Source of the DNA: Lytechinus pictus
Taxonomy: Eukaryota
NCBI RefSeq assembly: GCF_037042905.1
Contig: NC_087252.1
Span: 2,916,001 to 2,980,000 of the forward strand
Direction: 5' to 3'
DNA: 64,000 nt
Shown here: in pieces, positions 56,701-64,000 of the stretch
Position numbering within the stretch: position 1 is the first letter of the stretch
How the letters are laid out: the number at the start of each line of letters is the position of its first letter
Program-made: the position numbers and the translations under genes
Notes under the pieces: model-generated
What the model saw: only the letters and a program-made list of their open reading frames with translations
Databases searched by the model: none
Told to the model about the DNA's origin: nothing

Positions 56701-59700
56701 CGATATCATAACAAAGTACATAGGGTGGGAGGGGAGGGAAACTTGTTGCCTCGATGGGAGTTCAAACTGCAATGGCTTTATACGAGCACATGTCACTATA
56801 GAGTCGGGGGTAATAGTATGGAGCGCTTAGAATCATTTGTATTAAGCGTGATATGAATGCTGCATATTATAATGCAAGTTCCCCGCTGTGATTAATTCAC
56901 ATGATATGCAACTAGTGATCAGATGCACGTTCTAACTCAATTTAAAATATTTACATAGTTTAGCACCTGACTTATTCTTCAATAAAGCTAACACTTGTCT
57001 CTCTCAAAATTTTACTGATCACTACCTTATCGGCGGAGCAATTGTCGCGGAGCAATTGTCGTAAAATCGGAGCAAATATCGGCGGAGCAATTGTCGTATA
57101 ATCGGAGCAGATGTCGGCGGAGCGATTTTTGGCGGAGCAGATGTCGGCGGAGCAAATATCGGCGGAGCAAATATCAGCGGAGCAGACGTCGCCAGAGCAA
57201 ATATCGGCGAAGCAAATCTCGGCGGAGCAAGTGTCGACGGAGCAAATATCGGCGGAGCAAGTGTCAACGGAGCAACTGTCGGCAGAGCAATTATCCGGAG
57301 CAATTGTCGGCGGAGCAATTGTCTTTATTTTGCGTAGCAAATGTCGGCGGAGCAGATGTCGGGTCACCCATTTATCTGTTCCTGGTGGACTCGAACCCAC
57401 GACCTTTTGTTCAACAGTCAGGCGACTGAGCTAACTCGCTTCCTCATCAAAAGGTTCTAGGTCCCTTGATATTCCTTTATCGCCATTATTGCTTTAACGA
57501 TTCCGAACCTGGTGTCTGATGAGGCATTTGCCTCGAGAGTGCTCAGAGCTCAAAAGACCAAAGACTCTTGAGATGGTGATAAATGCCGATCTAAAGTGCC
57601 TTAAGGTAGTATCTGTGAGTGTTTATATTGGGCAAAGAGCAAGCCTAGGGTGTCACCAGGCGATGTAACTCTACAAAATATAATGCCATGAACTTAGATT
57701 TATATTTAAAAATGCTGTTTAGACAACAAAAAACAAGTAATTTTCCATATAAATGTTTTAAAATTGTCGAGATGATAGCTCTTCTAATAATTGTATTTTA
57801 TAGTTGTGATACACTTGTGGATTCGGCATACACCGATATCCCTTTTTTTCATACCTCGATAAACGGTCCTTTGGCGTCGTCTGCCGTAAGCCAGTCATTG
57901 CATTTATCTGTGGCCCACAAGACTGGATCCTCCTGATAGGACTGTTCCATTAGATAGCCCAGGGGATGAATGTCGCTCCATAGGACACGTTCACGACTGA
58001 ATTTAGGCAGAAAAAGTTGGAATGTCTGGTCAGTATAATAACATTTTTGTGCATCAATATTTGGTAAGTATTTTAGTTTTAAATGCTATATTCTAGATGC
58101 TTATGTTATCATTAATTGAAAGACTTCTATTCTGAAGTGGATGACTGTTTACAAAGGGACATACAAAACAGTAAAACATTACGTCAATATCTAACTGGGC
58201 TAATATACGAACTTTATTGTTAGAAAAAACAAGAAAATATTGTGTAGGAAGTTCAGGGTGATTTGATAATGATGTCCTTGGAATAAGAGGGTGTGGGAAG
58301 GGGGGGGGGAGTGATGATTAAATATCACCTACAATGTATGCCGGTATTGATTGATCAAACCATCGCAAATAATTTAAAAAAGTGTAAAAAAGTGTAACAT
58401 TGAAAGGGAGAAGATATAATTCGAATGTTAAATTTGAGAAAAAGCCTGTCAGCCTTAAAATGTCTACCCATATGTAGACCTGGCTGAAGTGACAACTTAC
58501 CCGTTTGCATTCCCAGTAATCCTGATCACTCCGAATGCATTGTCTTCCGTCACTTCCGGTTGTGCCGTTGGAGTGAACGTATGCGAGCCATCATCTGCTG
58601 TGCTATTAGTTATCAGATACACTGTTTCCCATCGCGGTCCAGGACTGTCCTCGCGGTATGCTAGAACATTGATCGAGAGGGCGCTGTCCGAGCTGCCAAA
58701 GCTTTCTTGGTCTGGTTCCCAAGTAATAGTAAGAGAGTTGTCGGCCACATCCCAATTGAAAGAATCTGTGTCCCTTCTTGTTATGGTAGGCGTTATTCTC
58801 CCGCTTTCAACTAGGAATGATAGAGGATGGTACAGTCAATGAGTTTTTCCCGTTTGCCCTCTTAGCAATGTGGCTATATAAAAGGAAAACATGTAGGTAT
58901 ATAGCGCGATAGAAATATGGAATTCAAATTAATACGAATCTGATTTCTGGTGTTGAAACGTATTTCGCGTGATTATTCTGATACTCACGGAGGGAATATA
59001 TGGTTGAAGGTGAAGAAGCAAGTTCGTCATCGGCCTTTACCACTGCAATGGTCACCTCTCCGACGAGGAAGAAAGGGTCAGGGACGCAATATGCCTCGTT
59101 GGTGTTAAGGACCGTCGCATTGACTTCCTGGATGATCTCACCACCATGGGAGAACACACAGGTCTGGACTCGCTCTACCGCCCAGCATGGTCCATAGAGG
59201 TATATCCTTTCGCCTCCCATCATACCGCAGCGGGCTGGGGTGATTGACAATTCTGAAAACGGTTTTAAAGACAATAGGGTTTTCATGTGTATATGTTACA
59301 TAAATAACATTGGCTCACTAGCTGCAGCGGTTGTTTGTTACTGTGGACGAATGTGGTAGACCTTTATTCAAAATCAGTTGATTAACATTCGTTAAAATAC
59401 ATATTTGGACCATCACACACTAAAGTTGCAGACAGTTTTTCTGGCATCACAATTTCTCACACACGCCTAATCATGAAATCTAATAATTCATGCACTTGCT
59501 ATCACCGTCTTTGACGTCTTTTTCCCATAAAAGATAATTTCACTAGTCCCATCCCTTTTTCCAACTTTTCATTCCGATTTTGGTGAGACTCGACGTCGAT
59601 GTCATCAGTAATATTTTCTCATCATCCCATTAGCGTTGTAATCATCACACGTACCATCATCAGTCTCGTTTTTGTCTTCATCATCACTACCACATCTACC

Positions 59701-60020
59701 AAAGTGATCTAAGTCTTCTTCACAATCATTATCTTTTAAATGTATGCAACGGCAGTCTTGACAACAGTCTTCTTTCTCCCATTCTTCCTCCTAATCATCA
59801 TTATGAACAGCAACGCCACCCATTTATTCGATAATGTCCCTCCGTTATTACCTGCTCCAGGTCCAGTTTTGCAGACTGGATCAATGATTGAACTGCTGTC
59901 TACCTTGTATGCGTAGACTCCATCTACGTCTACGTTGCTGTCAGTAGGCAATTCCCGTAATGTATCTTGATCGTAGTTAAAAACTTCGGAAATCTCACCG
60001 TCTGACATCAGAAACCCAAC
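23341..60020 (-). CDS. Mesh/SUSD2/MUC4-like type I membrane protein (NIDO-TIG-AMOP-VWD-2xSushi-TM); multi-exon gene span, 5' end not in view
   Basis: 18 candidate coding exons with AG/GT boundaries (terminal exons end at stops) whose phases join in frame; diagnostic motifs [55 protein letters not shown] and two CCP repeats. Confidence 0.9.
24623..24793 (-). CDS. Mesh/SUSD2-like gene, cytoplasmic exon (isoform B)
   Basis: cacag|AAA...CAG|gtag, 171 nt, phase 0-0, open: KSKQSKSTDDRDAELAEPLNKK...AISQ. Confidence 0.78.
26564..26964. mobile_element. MITE with 18-bp TIR
   Basis: gcttgcaacaaacactcg / cgagtgtttgttgcaagc, perfect. Confidence 0.65.
27708..27792. repeat. Short inverted-repeat element (hairpin)
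   Basis: gcctcgttaagacgtgggatcc / ggatcccacgtctgatcgaggc. Confidence 0.7.
27834..27946 (-). CDS. Mesh/SUSD2-like gene, transmembrane exon B
   Basis: ccctag|TT (phase 1) ... AAG|gtaagt (phase 0); VGNEVNVVGIAVGVTFAVIIIILLVVLGILYYNKSKKK. Confidence 0.82.
30355..30538. mobile_element. hAT-like MITE (caggggccgcg family)
   Basis: IR ggggccgcg / cgcggccct; internal sequence matches copies at 47832-47992 and 53520-53636. Confidence 0.7.
31581..31890. repeat. Degenerate 11-bp minisatellite (acagtgtgttc)
   Basis: Repeated cacagtgtgtt/caacagtg units; inverted units at about 31955-32110. Confidence 0.75.
32814..33655 (+). mobile_element. Probable solo LTR
   Basis: Ends TGTCGTG...CACGACA (7-bp IR, TG..CA); AATAAA at 33641-33646 just inside the 3' end; internal duplicated ggcctcacc..tctcat..ggctggtat; no clear TSD. 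Confidence 0.5.
36150..36282 (-). CDS. Mesh/SUSD2-like gene, terminal exon of short tail (isoform A)
   Basis: Long pyrimidine-rich, AG-free tract then gaacag|A, matching the phase 2 end of TM exon A; PKVSTKEAEVNWGMEND...NETPYL*. Confidence 0.7.
37318..37465 (-). CDS. Mesh/SUSD2-like gene, transmembrane exon A
   Basis: cccag|AT (phase 1) ... GC|gtgagt (phase 2); DGDIVPGDNNALVIALSVVFSLIFIVLVVVGVFVFLRYWQY. Confidence 0.85.
38434..38598 (-). CDS. Mesh/SUSD2-like exon: Sushi/CCP 2
   Basis: 165 nt, phase 1-1; CGGMDTPANG..FACQDGFTLSG..CQDGIWSSAAPTC. Confidence 0.9.
39029..39235 (-). CDS. Mesh/SUSD2-like exon: Sushi/CCP 1
   Basis: 207 nt, phase 1-1; SCPYLITPYNGTK..VTFTCDE..VGSSFKRC..WTG..C; not in the ORF track. 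Confidence 0.88.
39823..40062 (-). CDS. Mesh/SUSD2-like exon: post-VWD region
   Basis: aacag|GG completes FGQSW; ..CNNVYQCLFDY..; donor at 39823 (gtaagc) or 39829 (gtaaaa), both phase 1. Confidence 0.85.
40095..40675. mobile_element. Kolobok-like palindromic MITE
   Basis: TTAA|agggatggtccgggctgaa ... ttcagcctggaccatccct|TTAA; long inverted arms. Confidence 0.85.
40680..40942. repeat. Degenerate ~19-20 bp tandem repeat (ctcaacgttaga)
   Basis: Repeated a(a/g)cgttag motif; a similar motif-rich tract lies at about 8245-8470. Confidence 0.7.
41446..41572 (-). CDS. Mesh/SUSD2-like exon: VWD C-terminus
   Basis: Phase 0-1; [27 protein letters not shown]. Confidence 0.9.
41607..41774. mobile_element. 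Near-perfect palindromic MITE
   Basis: TA|cactctaaaaa ... tttttagagtg|TA; arms pair to the centre ttcaaa/tttgaa. Confidence 0.85.
42404..42549 (-). CDS. Mesh/SUSD2-like exon: VWD
   Basis: ttccag|GC ... GAT|gtaaga, phase 1-0; VVVMFKETGIGVAVNYHNGMLAV. Confidence 0.85.
43335..43933. mobile_element. Kolobok-like palindromic MITE, same family as 40095-40675
   Basis: TTAA|agggatactctgggct ... agcctggagtatccct|TTAA. Confidence 0.85.
43976..44152 (-). CDS. Mesh/SUSD2-like exon: VWD
   Basis: 177 nt, phase 1-1; GREVDVTQLSSVAMQDSGSDAIFV. Confidence 0.82.
44913..45077 (-). CDS. Mesh/SUSD2-like exon: VWD N-terminus with GDPH
   Basis: Phase 1-1; [28 protein letters not shown]..LQGR. Confidence 0.92.
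45660..45934 (-). CDS. Mesh/SUSD2-like exon: AMOP C-terminus
   Basis: Phase 2-1; GTKCCYD..VPELSHWSNDV..FCC.W..C..Y..RPTTDC..YEPP. Confidence 0.92.
45999..46149. mobile_element. Small MITE
   Basis: IR ggcctgtaacacaaa / tttgtgttacggggtcc; a related right end lies near 5970-6000. Confidence 0.6.
46982..47130 (-). CDS. Mesh/SUSD2-like exon: AMOP
   Basis: Phase 0-2; [33 protein letters not shown]. Confidence 0.92.
47205..47340 (-). mobile_element. SINE fragment with a Deu/Nin-like central domain
   Basis: Minus strand gtccctgggatacgacgttaaa...ttaagaacccactgcaccattcgtataagagtagggg resembles the DeuSINE domain (from recall, not aligned). Confidence 0.55.
47420..47690 (+). repeat. 15-bp minisatellite array (ttgctccgccgaNNN)
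   Basis: Direct reading; the same unit is inverted at 52981-53514, 55365-55446 and 57029-57368. Confidence 0.9.
47832..47992. mobile_element. hAT-like MITE (caggggccgcgg family)
   Basis: IR caggggccgcggaac / gttccacggcccctg. Confidence 0.75.
51085..51310. repeat. Degenerate ~21-bp tandem repeat (ggcgc(c/t)gatt..)
   Basis: gcgccgatttataaccagat and ggcgctgattattcttga units. Confidence 0.75.
52981..53514 (-). repeat. 15-bp minisatellite array (ggcggagcaa..) ending in gggtcacc, likely a transposon end
   Basis: Same terminal gtcgggtcacc as the array ending at 57368. Confidence 0.85.
53752..55364 (-). mobile_element. 5'-truncated, frameshifted non-LTR retrotransposon (LINE, CR1/L2-group-like reverse transcriptase)
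   Basis: RT motifs QHGFR, LDLSKAFDKVPH, GVPQGSVVGPLLF, LFADD, KYLGV; C-terminal PVLEYAAVVWDP and WNSLP; (GAA)n 3' tail at 53752-53770; frame breaks near 54446 and 55190. Confidence 0.93.
56085..56505. repeat. Three ~150-160 bp tandem units
   Basis: caatgtctctcccaacctcccaacc...ccataatgtaa repeated three times. Confidence 0.8.
57029..57368 (-). repeat. 15-bp minisatellite array (ggcggagcaa..)
   Basis: Direct reading. Confidence 0.88.
57375..57440 (-). mobile_element. tRNA-derived SINE head fragment
   Basis: Minus strand TAGCTCAGTCG (A box)...GGTTCGAGTCC (B box); D-arm partly deleted. Confidence 0.55.
57855..57996 (-). CDS. Mesh/SUSD2-like exon: AMOP N-terminus
   Basis: Phase 2-0; RERVLWSDIHPLGYLME..WATDKCNDWLTADD..FIE; not in the ORF track. 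Confidence 0.88.
58501..58810 (-). CDS. Mesh/SUSD2-like exon: TIG-AMOP linker
   Basis: Phase 1-2; LTITWEP..LSINVLAYRE..FGVIRIT. Confidence 0.88.
58989..59252 (-). CDS. Mesh/SUSD2-like exon: IPT/TIG domain
   Basis: Phase 1-1; LSITPARCGMMGGERIYLYGPC..CVF..AYCVPDPFFLVGEV. Confidence 0.9.
59852..60020 (-). CDS. Mesh/SUSD2-like exon: NIDO C-terminus
   Basis: catcag|GTT ... G|gtaata, phase 0-1; [26 protein letters not shown]. Confidence 0.85.
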
Positions 60021-60185
60021 CTGATGGATAAAACAATGAAATTTCCAAATTGTTTCTCAATCTTATATGCGCCAATGTCCCAAACAGCACAGCTCACAAG
60101 TCCGCGCCTTCCCGAAACACTCAGCGGGGACTTTGCTTGCATTCGTTACCCTGATTGCACTGTGGGTAGCTTCAGGACTGTTTAA

Positions 60186-60778
60186 AGGACATGCCCACCC
60201 AACAAAAAGTTGATTTGAATAAAAAGGGAAAAATCCTACAACCATAACACTGAAAATTTCATCAAAATCGGATATAAAATAAGAAAGTTGTGACATTTTA
60301 AATGTTCGCTTTATTTCACAAAATAGTTATATGTACATCCTGGTCAGTATTCCAATGAGGAGACTGATGATGTCCTCCACTCACTATTTGTTTTGTATTT
60401 TATTATATGAAATATTCTAATTTTCTCCTCATTGTCAAGTGAAACAACGATTATTTCCTCCCTGAACATGTGGAATTATCATTGTTTAATACGAAATGGT
60501 TCAGTCAAGTTGGCCCTTATTGACAAATCCGTAAAAAAATGAAATGTTTAATTGAAACAATAAAAAACAAAAGAAATAGTGAGCGAGGGACATCATCGAC
60601 TGTCTCATTTACATGCCACTGAATTGTGCATAACACTGTTTTGTGAAAAATAAGCGAAACTTTAAAATGTCATAAGTTTCTTATTTTACATCCGATTTTG
60701 ATGAAATTTTCGGCGTTATGCTAGTTAGATTTTTCTCTATTTATTCAAATCAAGATTTTTCTGGGGTGGACTTGACCT
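60186..60778. mobile_element. Kolobok-like MITE
   Basis: TTAA|agg ... cct|TTAA; inverted arms contain aaatttcatcaaaatcgga, shared with the other copies. Confidence 0.8.
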
Positions 60779-61024
60779 TTAAGGAAAACGCTGTAATTTT
60801 CTGGAAATTTAGTTGTCCCTGATGGCGAATTCTTAAGAACAGCAAGGGCAGGCTATCCAATGTGTCAGAAAGTCACTAAACGTCCGAACTTTTGTCGAGA
60901 CAAATACTTTGATGGGGACATTTTTGTGTTATCGAATACCAGAGAGAGTCTTTTTAGGAATGGCAAAGGAAGCGTACAGGCTCTTTCATGGGATAGGACG
61001 CCCTGGAATTCAAATTAATTATGT

Positions 61025-63905
61025 ATGATGGCCCTAAAGGGACATCGCAAATATACCAAATCGCGAATATTCACGACGAAATTGGCGACGAAATTCACGA
61101 CGTCGCCAATTTCGTCGTGAATTTCGTCGTCAATTTGAATATTCACGACGAATGGCCAATGTCGTCGTGAATTTGTTTTGCTTGCCTGGGCGGTATGCGG
61201 GTTGAAACCAATTCGTCTGCTGCTAATTCCTCCACTGCAGGGTCGATCTACATTCATTTAGTCTAATGCAATTCTGTCCATTAACTTTTCGCCTAACAAC
61301 CATATGGTCCAATAACCATTTGGTCCAGTCATCACTTCGTCTATAATCACCAGTTCGTCTATGACAATTTCGTCTCACAACTAGTTGATCTAATATCAAC
61401 TTTATTTTCCTTAATTTCGCCCAATTAACACTTAGTTCAATTAGACCAAATGGCATATGGAATAAATGGCAATTGGACCAACTTGGTTATTAGACAAAAT
61501 GGCAGTTAGACCATGTGGATAGTGGACGGACTGATGGTAGACCAAATGAAAGCAGACAAGTTGGCATTAGACCAATTGAAAAAAAAACATTGAAACGATA
61601 GAACGATGTCCACTGCTATCCATATGCTTAGGCGGATCCAGGGGGGAGGGGGCCGAGGGGCCCGCCCCCCCCCCCCTATTGGCAGAGCAAAAAGGGAAAG
61701 AAAGAAAAAAAGGGAGGGAAAAGAGAGTAGAAACAGAAGAGGAGGATCGAGACGAGTGAATAAAGTAAGATGAGGGGAAGACATGGAAATAAAAAGAATA
61801 TTTCATGTCACTATATAAAATTTTCGCTCGCGCTTCGCGCTCACATTGTCTGTAAATATGACAGTTTTATGGTCTGAATATCAACATTTTCCGCTCGCGC
61901 TACGCGCCCACAAATTTCGATTTATCAGGTATACCTATTATTTTCGTGTATTCCATAAAGTTTTCAAAATATCCCTTTTCAGGTCTGATTGTCAAAACGT
62001 ATCAGCTGGCGCTACACGCTCGCATTTTGATCGTATGTCTCAATATTGATTATACAATCCCCTTTTCATGACAATGCAAAGATTTAGGCTCACAATTTGC
62101 GCTCGCATTAATTGTTAAAATATATTAACTGATGCATCCTATTTATAATTACAAAAGTGCTTGAAATGTCCAGTTTTCAGGCCATAATATCATCAGACTT
62201 CACGCCCTCATTAGGCATTAATGAATAAGATATTAATTTAATAATTGAATTGTCCCTTTTGTTTCATCTCGCGCTTAGCAAGAGGAATAGGAAGACATTC
62301 ATCATTTCCATATGTTGACATGTCCTACATGTCCTAAGGATGTACCGGTCCTATGTCAAAACTCAAAGTAATTATAATGAAAAAATCAGCTCTGTGCAAT
62401 CCATATCCACTTTACAATTTTCTTACAAAGTGCTTGAAATATAGAGCTGAAATTGACTTTTTTTTCAGACCGGAATATCAAATAGTTTAAGCTCGCGCTT
62501 CGCGCTCGCTTTGATTTTCATGATAAAAGATGTATTTAGAATGCCCAGATTCTAGGTCTAAATATGAAACACGCGCGCGCATGTTTATTCAGATATTCAA
62601 CTTGTTCTCTATTTAAATCATTATCCAGTTTCAGATCACAATATAAACAATTTTCTGCTCGCACTTTGTGCTTGCATCATTAATATAGGAATTACTCATT
62701 CTTTTCCAAATTTACAAAACATGAATAGAGTGTCCCGTATTTAGGCCTAAATCTCGATTTTTTTCGCTCGCGCTTCGCACTCGCATCAATTGTTTAGTTA
62801 TATAGCTATCCTGTTCACGATTACAAAAATTGATTAAAATTTTCCATTCTTTATGTAGAAATGTCAAAATTTTTCAGCTCGCGCTTCACGCTCGCATCAA
62901 TTGTTTATTATATACCTATTCTGTTTAAGTTACAAAAAGTCCTTAGAATTTCCATTTTTAAGTAAAAATTTCAAAAAAATTCAGCTCGCGCATCGCGCTC
63001 GCATTATTTGATTTTTAAAATATATAACGTCTTCATGACTAACTGCATGCAGTCTTTAACAGGTACCTATTCCACCAGTTCATTTCTGCTCGCGCTTCGC
63101 GTTCGTAGTAATTATTTATTTGCATACACATCTTTTTTAAGAGAACAAACATTTCCCAGAATGTACAAATTATAGGAAAAAATACATAATATTTCCAAAA
63201 AAAATTAGCTCGCGCTTCGCGCTCACATTATATAAATAAGGATTATGATATTATATATTTATGTTGATTTATAAGAATAAAGCTAAGACCACCCCTTCAC
63301 AGAAACCAAAAATCATCTTCGAGCGGCCGATCGGGGAAAATATGGCTGAACAATATTTGGCCCCCCCCCCTATCGGCGAAGGCTGGATCCGCCCCTGGAA
63401 CACCTAACAGGCAATGCGCGCGCGAAGCGCGCGCGAGCGAAAATTTTATATAGTGACATGAAAGATTCTTTTTATTTCCATGTCTTCCGGCCCCTCATCT
63501 TATTTTTTTAACTCGTCTTCCTCCTCTTTTTTTTTTCCTCTCTTTTCCCTCCTTTTGTGTTAAAAATTGGGCGAAATTAAGGAAAATAAAATTGATATTA
63601 GACCAACTAGTTATGAGACGAAATGGCCATAGACGAACTGGTGATTAGACGAAGTGATGCCTGGACAAAATGTTTATTGGACCATATGGTTGTTAGGCGA
63701 AAGGTTAATGGACAGAATTGCATTAGACTAAATGAATGTAGATCGACCCTGCAGTGGAGGAATTAGCAGCAGACGAATTGGTTTCAACCCGCATACCGCC
63801 CAGGCAAGCAAAACAAATTCACGACGAAATTGGCGACGAAATTCACGACGTCGTGAATATTCGCGATTTGGTCTATATTTGCGATGTCCCTTCAGGGCCA
63901 CCATA
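61025..63905. repeat. Long inverted duplication (arms 61025-61430 plus 61690-61842 versus 63415-63905)
   Basis: ggccctaaagggacatcgcaaatata / tatatttgcgatgtcccttcagggcc and catgtcactatataaaattttcgctcgcgc / gcgcgagcgaaaattttatatagtgacatg. Confidence 0.88.
61630..63397. mobile_element. hAT-like non-autonomous element with an internal ~115-bp satellite
   Basis: IR ggcggatcca / tggatccgcc; recurring gctcgcgcttcgcgctcgc motif; non-coding. Confidence 0.7.
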
Positions 63906-64000
63906 ATTATGCGGCTGGTTACGCCGTGCATCGCCCTAGCAAATGCTTTTACTGTAACGTGTAAATTTTATTTCTTAGTTCTTTCATTGCGACACCTAGG

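Noticed and set aside
47311..57434. Pentapeptide-repeat ORFs or a CRISPR-like array from the 15-bp repeats
   Set aside because: Contiguous tandem units without unique spacers, no cas genes, eukaryotic intron context, and ORFs open in many frames on both strands
61830..63230. Regularly spaced gctcgcgcttcgcgctcgc motif as a CRISPR array
   Set aside because: Intervening sequences are homologous to each other (a diverged ~115-bp satellite) inside a TIR element

Overview
AT-rich, intron- and repeat-dense animal genomic DNA. It is not prokaryotic; the TLR style and repeat landscape suggest an echinoid (sea urchin), which is an inference. Main content: (1) A head-to-head pair of single-coding-exon, single-cysteine-cluster Toll-like receptor paralogues. 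The + copy (13582-16233) is intact. The - copy (2407-5038) is disabled by an in-frame TGG>TGA and a 4-bp insertion near the end of the TIR domain. (2) A large multi-exon - strand gene of the Mesh/SUSD2/MUC4 type (NIDO-IPT/TIG-AMOP-VWD-Sushi-Sushi-TM). I traced 13 shared exons with consistent splice phases from 60020 to 38434, and the 5' end is probably outside the window. It appears to have two mutually exclusive transmembrane-plus-cytoplasmic-tail cassettes (37465-36150 and 27946-23341). (3) Many non-autonomous elements: TTAA-flanked Kolobok-like, hAT-like and palindromic MITEs, a HINE/DINE-1-like element, SINEs, a 5'-truncated LINE and a probable solo LTR. There are also two composite inverted duplications and a tRNA-headed element carrying a hammerhead-ribozyme-like motif. 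All calls come from manual reading; no searches were run.
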